Origin: Octopus sinensis
Lineage: Eukaryota
Direction: 5' to 3'
NCBI RefSeq assembly: GCF_006345805.1
Contig: NC_042997.1
Span: 57,288,001-57,352,000 of the forward strand
DNA length: 64,000 nucleotides
The translations under genes and the position numbers were made by a program. Under the pieces are notes generated by a model. That model was given only the letters and a program-made list of their open reading frames with translations. It ran no database searches and was not told the origin of the DNA. The stretch's first letter is position 1. Each line of letters begins with the position of its first letter. Shown piece after piece: positions 1-13,323 of this stretch.

Positions 1-1060
1 TCCATCCAGAAATTTCAAAGTATCTTAATACTGCATTGTAAAATCAACTTTGATCATAGTAGTATTTCAGGCCAAATTCCTAAATACTTAAACTAGAATT
101 TATGCTTTGCAAAAATTGTGGTCTACCAAAAATTACTCTCTTCAAGAGAAACTTCATCTAAAAGGCCTTTGTTAAGTTTAAGACTAAATTAAATTTTTTA
201 GGCCAAAAATTGTGCCAAATCTTTTTGATTTTTTAAAAAATATTTTATTTATTATTTTTTTTTTTTGTGGAGAGGAATGCACAAGGTAGATTGTCATACT
301 GTATGAGTGTGATTTTCTTTTGTCATATTCAATATACATTTTACCAAACAGGAGATTTTGATGGTACATACTTATATAGAGAGAAGTGACATTTATAATC
401 AGATTTATTCTTGTCTTTATCAACAGGTGACACAATAACACCATTTCCACTTATTTCAATTATCTGAAAATTAGAATTCATTTAATATATACATTAAGCT
501 TTGGACCACCTGACTGAAGATAGTCTAATACTTTCACATGATATTCAAATGATTGCATGTCATCTATGAATCTTGTTTTAATCATCCCTTCTGCATAGTC
601 CTTTATCGAATTTACAAAAACATGTAGACTCACATTTAAGAATAATCTTGAATAGATTCAGTCAGGTTTTGATGTGATGAGAATCTGACCTGTTTAGCAA
701 TTATCAATTTCATTTGGAGATGTTACAGAAGTCTCACTGTAACTAAAACACTTGTGTGACTATCATTCCTGATTAAGATCAATACAAATCATATTTAGTT
801 TCTATACTGGTGCCCAGAAGGACTTTCATTGGCTGTAACAGCAAAACATTGCAACAGAGAGTGTCATGTCAAGGTCATTCAATGGAAATTCATTGTTATT
901 TATCAATTACACCAATGTCAGGTCACACAGTATTTATCCAGTGTTTAGATGCACTGAGCTTTTATTAAATTGTTTAGGCAAGATGTTACATTAAGCATGT
1001 AGTTAAATAGACCCAACCACATACAAACATGCAAAACACATGCAATAATATTTGTTTCTT

Positions 1061-1281
1061 TATTACCAACAAGGGGCTAAACATAGAAGGGACAAACAAA
1101 GACAAACGGATTAAGTCGATTACATCGACCCCAGTGTGTAACTGGTACTTAATTTATCGACCCCGAAAGGATGAAAGGCAAAGTCAACCTCGGCGGGATT
1201 TGAACTCAGAGCGTAATGGCAGACGAAATACGGCTACGCATTTCGCCCAGCGTGCTAACGTTTCTGCCAGCTCGCTGCCTT
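1061..1281 (-). mobile_element. tRNA-derived SINE (Meta/MESC-type central domain likely)
   Basis: Minus strand has a tRNA-like head (GGCGAGCTGGCAGAAACGTTAGCAC...GAGTTCAAATCCC) followed by the core GTTGACTTTGCCTTTCATCCTTTCGGGGTCGATAAATTAAGTACCAG. A related copy lies at 57380-57592. The superfamily name is from recall of the motif, not a search. Confidence 0.75.
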
Positions 1282-1859
1282 AATAATATTGGTATCACAA
1301 TGACATCACAGGATTCATAAGTGATCGTCATTGTTATTTGAAACCTATGATTAAAGGGGCCCCTGCTACTATGACTGTCCTGTCCTACTGTCAAGTATTC
1401 TATATTTATATTATATAAGTTCTTCATTTTTTTTAAAACAGTGAAATCTGAGACTAGCTTGGATAATACTTGTTTCTAGCAGGTTGTTGGCTCATCATGG
1501 GAGATAATATTTAACATTAGTTTCATAATGTTAAGTAGGTAACATAGAGCTTTCCCTAGAACAGACCCTAGTCTAAAGTAAATAATATTCAAGCAACGAG
1601 CAGCAAATCCAATGCCAGCTAGATAAGCTGTGGCACATAAAGTGTGCTGCCAAAGTACAAGAGAAAATTTTTACAGAAAAATTAAACTTGAAGCATACTT
1701 CCTTCACTATTTTTGCATTAAGCCACTGCTGCATCATCCCTTTCTTGTCCTACCTACAGCACTGAATTCAGAATGCATTGAGCTAGAACATAACTGTAAA
1801 GTATCTTGTTTGACATTGACAAGTTCACAAATCCATAATCCTTGATACATGTTTTTTTT

Positions 1860-1975
1860 TAATCAATCCATAAAAGATGGAAGGAAATATGACTATGGCA
1901 GGATTTGAACTGAAGGTGCAGGATACTGCAAGACATTCTAACTCCCAAACAACTCTACCAACATGCTGCCTTCTG
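1860..1975 (-). mobile_element. decayed SINE fragment, related to 1061-1281
   Basis: Degenerate aaagatggaagg..atgac..gcaggatttgaact and ctaccaacatgctgcct motifs match the younger copy. Confidence 0.4.
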
Positions 1976-2984
1976 AGTGTTACAAGGCCTGCTTATATCA
2001 TGCTAGTATGATTGCTTCTTTCCTCTATAATTTCAAAATGAAGGTTAAAAAACTGCATACATCTTAACTACCTCTCCCCATCAGCTGTTATGTTTTTATA
2101 TCCATTTAACCCCAACATATACATGCTTAAATATATTATTTATCAATAAAGGTCTAGAGCATTCACTTATTTGTGACTTGATGGAATTGACAGTCTTAGA
2201 TCAATAATGCTAATTAAATGCAGCATCACACACCAAAAGCCTAATCTTAACTCAGAACTTTTACTCTACATAAAGAGTCAGGAGTTTTAAGATTTGAACT
2301 CTACATCACTTCATGTTAGGGTAAAGACTTCCAGCAATTATTGTATCAGAAAAAAGTATGGTGATAAAACTTATTAATAGCATTAAAAAAAGTCCCAGTC
2401 AGAGATATATGATAAAAGCAACAATTATATGCAACATATACATACTGGTTAGCATATTTTTTCTGGCTAGTAGGACATGCATGGCTTGATTTACATCATC
2501 AATAATTTTGTTGTTATTTTTACTTTTGAATTGCCATTTACACATGTATACCATTTAATATTGCTGATGTAAAAATCTTTATTAATGTGCAATATTTATT
2601 AACATGTTTTTATATAAATATATAGAGTGGTTTGAAAGTCATTGTAAATGTATCCTATAACTAGTCCCAGTAATAATTATTTATTTCTACACAGGATATA
2701 AATTGTCATTTGCTTTTATGTAATAATATAGTGTGAGAGAAATGAGAGTTGGGATATTCATACTTACAAAATCACCATTCATGACAAGTTAAAATAATTA
2801 TTTGCAGCAGTGAACAAAAAAACATGCTATAGTGTCACTGCAAAGTTACCAAGCATGAGTAACCAATTGTTGGCACTCACTCCCATTAACCAACAAGATA
2901 TTTCTTTAAATTTATATATACACATACAGATATATAAATTTACATACATGCCAATGTTGTATGTCCGGCCCATTTAAGAGTATC

Positions 2985-3660
2985 CTTGATGCGTTGGGCA
3001 ATATGATATCCTTGAGAAGATCTGTTGAGTCAAGTAAAACCAAAATCGTAGCTGTAACCAGTGCTTTCTGACTGGCTCCTGTTCCGGTGGCACACAAAAT
3101 GAATCATCTGAATGTAGCCAAAGCCAGTGTCTCCAGACTGTTTCCCATACCGGTGGCACATTAAAAGCACCCTCCGGATGTGGTTGATGCCAGGTCTGCT
3201 TCATTGGCTCCTGTGCAAGTAGCATGTAAGAAGCACCATGGAATGTGGCTGATGCCAATACCCACTGACTGACTCCCATGCTGGTGGCATGTAAAAGGCA
3301 CTATCTGAACGTGAACAATGCCAGGGCCACCTGGCTGGCTGCTGGTGGCATATAAAATGCACCATTCAAATGTGGCTGATGCCAGTACCCACAGACTGGC
3401 TACAGTGCTGGTGGCACGTAAAATGCATCATCCGAACGTGGTGAATACCAGTGTCTCCTGACTGGTTCCCGTGCTGGTGGCACATAAAACGGACTTTCCA
3501 AAGGTGGTCGATGCCAGTCCACGAGACTGGTTCCCATGCCGGTGACATGTAAAAAGCACGATTTTAACATAGCAAATGCCAGTACCCACTGACTGGATCC
3601 TGAGCTGGTGGCATGTAAAAACCACTATCCAAACATGACCAATGCCAGGGCTGCCTGACT
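2985..3660 (+). repeat. RTE 3'-UTR minisatellite array (about 10 decayed ~60-bp units)
   Basis: Repeated gccag..ctggct..gtgcYggtggcaYRtaaaaagcacc units, the same unit as in the 3' UTR of the RTE at 27190-29520. Confidence 0.75.
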
Positions 3661-3740
3661 GGCTACGCATTTTGCCCAGCGTGCTAACGTTTCTGCCAGC
3701 TCGCCACCTTAATAATATTGGTATCACAATGACATCACAG

Positions 3741-4807
3741 AGCAGATGCTAAAAATTATAGCCCTATCTCTCTGACCTCACACATCAGCAAAGTCATGGA
3801 ACGAATAGTCCGCAAGAAGCTAATCATGTTCCTTGAAGAAAATTACTTTCTGACTGACACCCAGCATGGATTTCAACCAGGTAGAAGCTGTCTAACACAG
3901 CTCCTGCAACACTATGACTAGGTGTTAAAACAGCTACTAAATGGCTCAAGTGTGGATTTGATATATCTCGACTTTGAAAAAGCCTTTGATAAAGTCGACC
4001 ATGGTATGATCTGTCACAAACTGCATAATCTCGGCATAGGTGGAAAACTTGGAGAGTGGCTGCACAACTTCCTAAAAGATAGAAAGCAGGCAGTGTTCAC
4101 CAATGGAGCCACTCCAAGGAAACACAAATAACAAGTGGTGTTCCACAGGGCACTGTCTTGGGGCCACTGCTGTTCATAGTGGCCCTTTCAGATATGCCCT
4201 CAATTGCTAAGATGGCCATCCTTGCCAGCTATGCAGATGACACAAAAGTCTCTAACACAATACAAAACACTGGAAATATTGCACATCTGCAACGGGAGTT
4301 GGATACAATATACAGGTGGAATGAGGACAACCACATGCAGTTTAATGCAGGGAAGTTCCAAACCCTGCACTACCAGCACACAAAGATGAGCAACATGCAG
4401 ACCGGATACACTGGCCCGGGAAGAATTGTAATTCCTGAGTCAAAATCAGTGCATGACCTGAGCATTGACATGAGCAATGATGCATCTTTCCAAGTGCATA
4501 TTGCCAATTTGGAAATAAAATGCAGACGGCTAGCTGGATGGATTCTCCGAACTTTCAGCACAATAGAGAAGGAGACACTGATGGTCCTTTGGAAGACATT
4601 TGTCCTCAGCTGCTTGGACTACTGCTCCCAACAATGGTCTCCACACAATATAAAGTTAACAGCAGAACTCGAAGCAATCCAACGAAGCTACACTAAGAAA
4701 ATCGTCTCAATGTAACACATCAGCAACTGGGAAAGACTGAAAGTATAAAAATTCATCTCCCTGAAGTGAAGTCAGGAGAGTTATGCAGTGATATACATCT
4801 GGAAAAT
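3741..4807 (+). mobile_element. CR1/L2-group non-LTR retrotransposon RT fragment, disrupted
   Basis: Motifs PISLTSHISKVMER, QHGFQPGRSC, YLDFEKAFDKVDH, GVPQGTVLGPLLF, YADD, LDYCSQQWSP. Stop near 3919, frameshift near 4135, ends at the N gap. Confidence 0.9.
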
Positions 4808-4907
4808 NNNNNNNNNNNNNNNNNNNNNNNNNNNNNNNNNNNNNNNNNNNNNNNNNNNNNNNNNNNNNNNNNNNNNNNNNNNNNNNNNNNNNNNNNNNNN
4901 NNNNNNN
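4808..4907. other. assembly gap (100 N)
   Basis: Run of exactly 100 N, a typical placeholder for a gap of unknown size. Confidence 0.99.
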
Positions 4908-5392
4908 CACATACAAATACATATATATACATATACAAATACATATATATACACATACAAATACATATATATACACATACAAATACATATATATATACAC
5001 ATACAAATACATATATATATATACATATACAAATACATATATACACGCATATATGTATGCATATATATATGTATATACGTGCGCGTATATATATACGCAT
5101 ATATGTACGCAAATATATGTATGCATATATATATATAAATACGCATATATATATATACATGCATTCTGCACCCTGTATATATGTGTGTATATATGTATGT
5201 GTATGTATGTGTGTATATGTATGTGTGTGTATGTGCGTGTGTATATATGTGTATGTATATATCATGTATATACCCACGTGTGTGTATGTGTGTGCATGTG
5301 TGTGTGCATGTGCATGTGCATGCATGTGTGTGCATATGCCTGTGTATGCATGTGTGTGTGTGTGTATGCATGCACGTGTGTGTGTGTCTGTA

Positions 5393-5429
<37 letters not shown>

Positions 5430-5436
5430 ATATGTG
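4908..5436. repeat. compound (TA)/(CA)/(TG) microsatellite
   Basis: Seen directly; source of the HTHT/YIYI/CVCV pseudo-ORFs. Confidence 0.95.
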
Positions 5437-5439
5437 TCT

Positions 5440-5670
5440 AGCTTGGCTGACCGGCTCGCGAAACATCTCCGAGACATCCGCCTCAGCAATGACACCCCAG
5501 TCTCACACCATTTCCACTCTACCAGTCACTCTTTGCAACACCTGACTGTGTTCAGATTGTCCTTGCACAGAGGCCATCCGGACTCCCGTTTGCACCGTGA
5601 ACAGGGATTAATCTTCTCTCTTCGCTCCTTTGTGCCACATGGACTCAACTCTCCTCCCCTTTTCATCTAA
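5440..5670 (+). mobile_element. Penelope-like element GIY-YIG endonuclease C-terminal fragment
   Basis: Translates as SLADRLAKHLRDIRLSNDTPVSHHFHS..HSLQHL..RLHREQGLIFSLRSFVPHGLN*, matching the R-x3-H...PV-x2-HF...E-x2-LI...P-x-GLN pattern of PLE GIY-YIG ends. Followed by a pyrimidine-rich 3' tract. Confidence 0.8.
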
Positions 5671-5920
5671 CCTCCTCCCCTTGCCTCTCTCCCCCTCCCT
5701 CCTACTTCCTCCCACCCACCTCTCCTCTTGTTCCGACTCCTACTTCTCTTCACCCCTACTATCTTTCTCTCTTCCTCTCCTACCCACCTTCCCCTTCCCC
5801 CTTTATCATCAACCCTCCACCATAAGCCCATCCCACCCCTACACATTCCTACCCCACCTTCCCATCCTACCTCTACAAATACATCTATATACTTATACAT
5901 ATACACATATACAGTATTTC

Positions 5921-6870
5921 TATATGTTTATGCCTCATGCTATGAGGGACTCTTAAAGTCAAAACTACCATAATAAATTCTTATAAAGATTTTATTCTAT
6001 TTTTAAATTTTATATTTAATCGGAATATATTCAGTGCTGAATTATTCAAAAAGCCCAACTCTTACATAGATATATAAGAGTGAAAATCTCCATGTACTAT
6101 GCTGGATACATTTGCTGTTCGTCTATTTTGATTTTTTTGTTCATTTTCATGTATCTTGATTAGAAAGTGCATTTTGTGCACTATGATATTATATGATTTG
6201 AAGCTGAAGCTGTTTTTAGGAGCTCACTTCAAGAGTTGCATTCCCTTGCGTTTAGTACATTGTAGTTATTATCATAGTTTTGACTTTAAGAGTCCCTCAT
6301 AGCATGAGACATTAACATGTAGTAATGCCCTTAATATAAATAAATATATTTAAAGGGAATAATTATAAATTTTACCCTTATGAGGTTCACACTGACTACT
6401 TGATAAATTCTTATAAAGATTTTAGCCTATTTCTAAGTTTTAAATGTAACCGGAATATATTCAGTGCTGAAGTATTCTGAATATACATGTGTACTGAGAT
6501 GCAATTCGAAAAGCCCGCCTCTTTCATAGATATATAAGAGTGAACAACTGTGTAATATGCTGGATACACTTGATGTTTGTGTGGTATGTTGATCTTTTGT
6601 TCATTTTTATGTGTCTTGATTATGCCTGCACTGACAATTAGAAAGAGCATTTTGTGCACTAACTTTGAAATCATGATTTGCAGCCGAATCTATTTTTAGG
6701 AACTCACTTCAAGAGTTGCACTCCCTCACATCCAGTACTCTGTATATATTATGGTAGTTTTGACTTTAAGAGTCATTCACAGCGTGAGGCATTAATGTGT
6801 AATAATGCCCTTAATATAGATATATACTTAAAGGAAATAATAATAAATTTTTCACTCATGAGGTTTTTTT
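5921..6870. repeat. unclassified ~430-470 bp tandem dimer with a ~50-nt inverted copy of its 3' part at the left end
   Basis: Units about 5972-6400 and 6403-6870 align (gataaattcttataaagatttt...tagttttgactttaagagtc). 5921-5972 is the reverse complement of the segment near 6272-6322. Confidence 0.7.
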
Positions 6871-6875
6871 CACGC

Positions 6876-7272
6876 TGACACACACATATACATACACATA
6901 TATATACATACACCCATGTGTACATACACACACTTATACATACATGCATAGACACACACACACACATACATAAATACGCACATACATGCATACACACACA
7001 CACATACATAAATAAATACGCACATACATGCATACACACACACATATACACACAGATACATATGCACATATACATATATAAAAATACATAGATACACATA
7101 CACACACTTTGTATACATAGATACAGACTCTGGTCTAGAGATGCCCACACCATCATCCTTCTCTATTCTATTTTTGCCCAACCCCACCTTGAATACTGCA
7201 CGCACACGCACGCACACACACACGCATACACACACATGTAGATATATACATGATATACACACACACATATAT

Positions 7273-7310
<38 letters not shown>

Positions 7311-9680
7311 GCACACATATACATATACACACACATATATACACACATATACATACACACATATATATACAAGGTGCAGACATTATTTGGGGACAGATTT
7401 ATGGTTTCAAAAAACACTTATATAATAAGAGAAAAAACTGTATTTCTATAAAAAGAACAAAGAAAGTTAAATTATCTATTTAATAATTTCATTGAATAAG
7501 ACCACCAAAAGCATCAATAATTGCCTCTATGTGGAATCGAAACCATTTAAAAGCTCGGATTAAGTGGTCCTTGTTCATATCAGACATGATCTGAACTATA
7601 TTGACACACACACATATATAGACACACACACACATATATAGACACACACACACACATATATAGACACACACACACACATATATAGACACACACACACACA
7701 TATATATATAGACACACACACACACATATATAGATACACATACACACATATATAGATACACATACACACACATATATAGATACACATACACACACATATA
7801 TAGATACACATACACACACATATATAGATACACATACACACGTATGTAGACACACACGTATGTAGATGCACACACACGTATGTAGATGCACACACACGTA
7901 TGTAGATGCACACACACGTATGTAGATGCACACACACACATATGTAGACGCACACACACACACGTATGTAGACGCACACACACACACACGTATGTAGACG
8001 CACACACACACACATATACACACACACAAATATATACATCTATATATGAGACAAAAAGTAATTTCTGCTTCTGTTTAAGGAAACAAAAAAGGTTTATAGG
8101 ACTGCAAAAAGAAGTGCACGAATGAAATTGAGACAGAGACAAAAAACATTAGAGAACTAACATCAAATTCCGGCCAACAGCTTTATGTAACACCACACTT
8201 CCATACATTTCATCATATATAAACATTACTATGGCCTTCAACATATAAAAGGAATACACATATAAAAGCACAGAAGGTAAAAAATATATATGCACTTTCT
8301 ATATACAAAATATATAGAAAGTCCTGTCAAGAAAAGGTAAATAGAAATTGACTAAAATAGGTAATAAAAATTTATTACTAAAACCTGTCAATCGAGTAAA
8401 AAATATCAATCTACTATAAAGGGTTTTTTTATGCCTCAATTAAAAATATCTCAAAATAGTTTGTTTTTAAAAAAGCGATCCATGGTAGATCGAAGTCTAA
8501 GGAGTGTACGATAGTTCCAAAAAACAGGTCAAAAACACATCTATGGCCATTTTGAGAGCTCCCTGCTGTGGACTGATTGCAAGTTAATGTGCATCTCGGC
8601 AATGACACGCTGATCAGGATGAACAGAATTTTCATGATCAAGTCATTCATGCCAGTGACACGTAAAAGGCACTATCCGAATGTGATCGATGCCAGGCCCA
8701 CCTGACTGGCTCCTGTGCTGGTGGCACATAAAGAGCACTCACTGCACTCTCAGAATGGTTGGCATTAAGAAAGGCATCCAGCTGTAGAGACATTGCCAGA
8801 TCAGATTGGAGCTTGGTGCAGCCACTGGCCCTCTAGACCTCAGTCAAACTGTCCAACCCTTGCCAGCATGAAAAACAGACGTTAAACGATGATATATACA
8901 CACACATACAAATATATACATCTATACACACATACACACACACACAAACAAACACAGATATATACATCTATATACACACACAAATATATACATCTATACA
9001 CACAGACAAATATCTACATCTATACACACAGACAAATATCTACATCTATACACATGACAAATATATACATCTATACAGACACACCGATATGTGCACACAC
9101 ACACAAATACATACACCAATATGTGCACACACATGCAGTCATGCACGTACAAATATACACACACATGCACCCATGCACATACAAATATACACACACATGC
9201 ATCCATGCACAAATATACACAAGCACACATACAAATATACACACACGAACACAAATTTATACACATGCACACATATGTGCACACACACACCTGCACAAAT
9301 ATACACAAGCATGCCCAATTATACACACACGCACGCACTAATTTACACACATGCGCATACAAAATATACACATACATGCATGCACAAATATACACATGCA
9401 AATACACACATGCGCATACAAATACATACATACACACACGCAAATATATACATACACACACACTAATATATACATACATGCACACACACTAATATATACA
9501 TACATGCACACAAATATATACATACACACACAAACACAAATATATACATACACACATGCAAAAATGTATATTATAGATACAAATATATACATCTATACAC
9601 ACACACACACACAAACATTTCAATATAAAGAATGTGAATAAATATATTATATACATACACATATATATTTATATATATTC
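6876..9680. repeat. cluster of compound CA/TA microsatellites (6876-7372, 7600-8045, 8893-9680)
   Basis: Seen directly; tracts separated by short unique AT-rich DNA and one RTE tail. Confidence 0.9.
8650..8892 (+). mobile_element. 5'-truncated RTE 3' end
   Basis: Minisatellite units, then ggttggcattaagaaaggcatccagctgtag...cagcatgaaaaacagacgttaaacgatgat tail. Confidence 0.8.
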
Positions 9681-9859
9681 ATTTTATTTGTGTACTATCA
9701 GGAGTACCTGGTGTTGCTCAGGTATTAGATATTCAACAATGGTCTTAATAGGTTTTCTACTGTTTTTCGCAATTGTTGGTCATACAAGGATGAATTCTGT
9801 GCAAATCAGTGTCCCAACATTATCCTTAGGATGAGTAAATAGAGTGTAAAGTTTGAACA

Positions 9860-10448
9860 CAATCCACTGAAGCAGTAAGAAGTTTTTGAAAATTTAAAAG
9901 GGGAAAAAAGTGTATAAATCCGATTTTTTTCATTTTTTCGTGGTAATTTGTCGCACAACAATGACTTTGAACATGGAACAGATACTTGATAAAACTGTCA
10001 TTACATGGTGGTTTTTTAGTCATAAATACCAAGGAAATCAGACTTTCCAGTAAAAAGTTTTCTACCATGTAACTTAGCAAAAATGCGAAAAATCGATTTT
10101 TTTTTCCAAGTTTTTCACAATTTTCTTGGGAATCAGAAGCCTCAAGGCAGTGCCAAAATATTTGTCTGAAATGTCGCAACATGACAGTCCTTTTGACACC
10201 AAAATTATAAAAATCTGATGTTCCTGTAAAAACTTTTCTTACATGCAACTTTTACCTCTTTTGCAAAAAGTTCCCCTCAGTTTTATCGATTTTTCTCCTA
10301 GAAGTGGGGGATCTCTAGGCATTGGTAAAGCAGTGACCTGCCTGGGTAAATTTGTCATTTAATAAAAAAAATTTCATCAAAATCGGATGGAAACTGTGGA
10401 AACGTATACACATACAGACATTTTGAGTTTTATAGATACAGATAGATA
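9860..10448 (-). mobile_element. non-autonomous Helitron-like element, partial
   Basis: Right end (aaatttcatcaaaatcggatggaaac...acagacattttgagttttatagat) resembles the 5' end of the Helitron at 31410-31793. No CTAG end was found. Confidence 0.45.
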
Positions 10449-10589
10449 AAGAATGTGTTACGCAATGCTAAAATGGTAAAGATCAGAGATGGACAGCCCT
10501 ATTTAAGAAGTGGACTGCATGAGACATGGTTTATCATCAAGCAAGTCACACAAGGTATGGATCTTCATCAGGCAGGCCACAGGAGATAA

Positions 10590-11745
10590 GCTGTTTACAA
10601 AGGTCATATTTACCAGACTATTAAATCATCTTGACAACCAGCAGCTGAGAGAGCGAGCAAGATTTTATATAAGAATTACAGTATGATGGATTACATATTC
10701 ACTCCAACACAGATTGTAGAATGACCGAAAGAACACAAGCTGCTTCTATATATCACTTTCTGTGACTACAAAAAGGCCTTTGATAAATGTAGTGCTGAAA
10801 TGTCTAGAAATGCAAGGAGTTGAGATGCAAACAGTGGAAGCACCACCTGTATAGCTTTGCTATTGCCACTTGCAAGAGTTCCAATTGGGAAGGGCATCAA
10901 ACAAGGAGATACCACCTCTCCAAAGCTCTTTACTGCATGTATAGAAATAGTTGTCAGAGGCATTGACTGGACAGGTGGCATAAAAATATCAGTGACAAGC
11001 TACTAACACACCTACGATTTGCAAATGTCCTCATACTCGCTGCCAAAATTACAGATCAACTGCAGACCATGCTAACAGAGTTGGACACCCATAGCTCAGC
11101 TGCAGGCCTTAAAACTAACCTCATCAAGCAAATATATGCAGTCTGATTATATATCACAGGGTAGAATACAGGCAGGAAGTGATGAAATCAAGGAGATAAA
11201 GGAGTATGTCTACTTGGTGCACACAATGAATATGCAAAAAGGCATGGAAACTGAAATCTCAAGGAGAATAAGCACAGAAGGAAAGGTGTTTACATAAAAG
11301 ATGTGTTGAAAGCAAAGCTGAACAAGACTCTACAGGTCAGTCTCTTCTACAGTACTCTTCTACCTGTGCTCTTGTAGCCTTGTGAGACATGGAACACTTA
11401 CTACAAAGAGGGAAGGAATTCAACTGGCTATGACACAAAGGGCCAAGAAAGATCCATGCTAAGTATATAACTCTAAGAGTTTATCTAAAATGACATGATT
11501 TGGGAACAAAACAGAGGAGAATAATTCAATTACAAAATATTAAAAGCACAATTTCTTGCTGGCCAGATATGTCAAAAGGCTCACAGTCAATATGTGGACT
11601 TATGTAGTTGTGAGTGGTATCTAAGGGATTAGGAAAAGTCACACAGAAGAGCCCATGATGATGGAAAACCAATTTAGTAATAGAATTTAGAATAAATTGG
11701 AAATATAAGGTGCAATAATAAAAAAAATTGGAAGCACATTGTGAT
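10590..11745 (+). mobile_element. old RTE-clade LINE RT fragment (different family from 27190-29520)
   Basis: Frameshifted motifs DYKKAFDK, KGIKQGDTTSPKLF, THLRFA(D/N), EYVYLG-like. Confidence 0.75.
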
Positions 11746-11880
11746 CAGCAATATATAACATCTTATAGTCTGGTCAATAGAGTAATACAGTGAAATACAT
11801 ATATATACATAGGCAGGAAGGCACATACACACATATTATACATACATGTATGTATATATATATGTGTGTGTATGTGTTAT

Positions 11881-12295
11881 TTTTTACTGGTTTCAGACAC
11901 CATGCTGGAGCACTACTTTGAAGAATTTCTAGTCAAATCGACCCCAGTACTTTTTTTAAAACCTGGTACTTACTCTATTAGTCTTGTTTGCTGAACTACT
12001 AAGTTATGGGAATGTAAACACACCATCAGACGGGTTGTCAACTGGTGGAGGGGAGGGAGACAAACATGGACACATACATATACATACATATATATATATA
12101 TGTACACATACATACACACGTACGAACTTCTACCAAATTTACTCCATCTATCAAATCCACTCCATCTACCAAATCTACTCACAAGATTTTTGTTAGCCTG
12201 GGGCTGTAGTAGAAGACATGTCTAAGGTGTCATGCAGTGGGATTAAACCCAGAACCATGTGACTGGGAGGCAAAATTTCAACCACTCAGCCATGC
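11881..12295 (-). mobile_element. tRNA-derived SINE (CORE-like family, as 14757-15156)
   Basis: Reverse complement of the head ggctgagtggttg...catggttctgggttt, plus body and tail shared with 14757-15156. Confidence 0.8.
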
Positions 12296-12755
12296 TTCAC
12301 TGTTGTGTGTGTGTATATATAAAATCATACACATACACACATATATAACTATACACATGCTATATATAGATAGAAACATGCATGTGCATTCTCATATTTA
12401 CATACATACATGAACACATACACAAACACACATTAGCACACATGATCAACTATATATATATATAGATATATATCAACAATTGAGGGTAAAATGAATTAAT
12501 TAATTAATCAATTTCACCAAGTGTTCAGTATGTAAAAGGACCATTTAAGGCGAATTCAAAATATTACATTATATAATTAGGGCTTAGTAAAATAAATTAC
12601 TTTGCCACATACTGAACTTAGTAGAAATAGCAGCCAAAAAAAATTTTCTTAGCATTTCTACTACTTAAAGAAAATTTCTCTCAGATATGTTTACTCTAGA
12701 CAGCTCACGAAGGTTTGGGGGTAAATACAGAAAAATATCACAAGTACATAGATCG

Positions 12756-12818
12756 TTTGAGTACGTCAACGTTTCAAGATTAGCCAAATAAAATCAGCAT
12801 TTCTTTCGTCAGCTCAAA
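12756..12818 (-). ncRNA. type I hammerhead ribozyme, intact core
   Basis: TTTGAG-CTGACGA-AAGA(aatgctgattttatttggctaa)TCTT-GAA-ACG(ttga)CGT-A-CTCAAA. Helix I 6 bp, helix II 4 bp plus extension, helix III 3 bp, GUA cleavage triplet; predicted cut between 12762 and 12761. Confidence 0.9.
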
Positions 12819-13323
12819 ATTTCTTAATTTGGATTTGGAGACACTAAAAAGAAGGAACTTTACCTATCAGCGAACTTGTCGCTTCAGATGAACCACTCCA
12901 ACTAACAGTGTCAACAAATTCAAAATGCGCAGGCGTAAAATTCTGCACTCCCCATTCGACCCACGTGGTCTATCTAGCAAACATTATATTTTAACCGCGA
13001 GAACCGAGGCAGTATGACCGAGAGAAATGAATTATAATATCAACAATTGAGGGTAAAATTAATTAATTAATTAATCAATTTCACCAAGTGTTCAGTATGT
13101 AAAAGGACCATTTAAGGCGAATTCAAAATATTACATTATATAATTAGGGCTTAGTAAAATAAATTACTTTGCCACATACTGAACTTAGTAGAAATAGCAG
13201 CCAAAAAAAATTTTCTTAGCATTTCTACTACTTAAAGAAAATTTCTCTCAGATAATGTTTACTCTAGACAGCTCATGAAGGTTTGGGGGTAAATACAGAA
13301 AAATATCACAAGTACATAGATCG

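Noticed and set aside
1480-1800. Minus-strand frame GMMQQWLNAKIVKEVCFKFNFL*KFSLVLWQHTLCATAYLAGIGFAARCLNIIYF
   Set aside because: Internal stop, no coherent splice sites, no recognised homology.
4707-9680. Long ORFs (up to 259 aa) rich in HT/YI/CV
   Set aside because: Translations of dinucleotide microsatellites; some span the N gap.
12866-12890. Second hammerhead-like motif in the monomer (CTGAA-GCGAcaagtTCGC-TGATA, minus strand)
   Set aside because: Core lacks the GA and GAAA consensus; only a 4-bp hairpin is supported.
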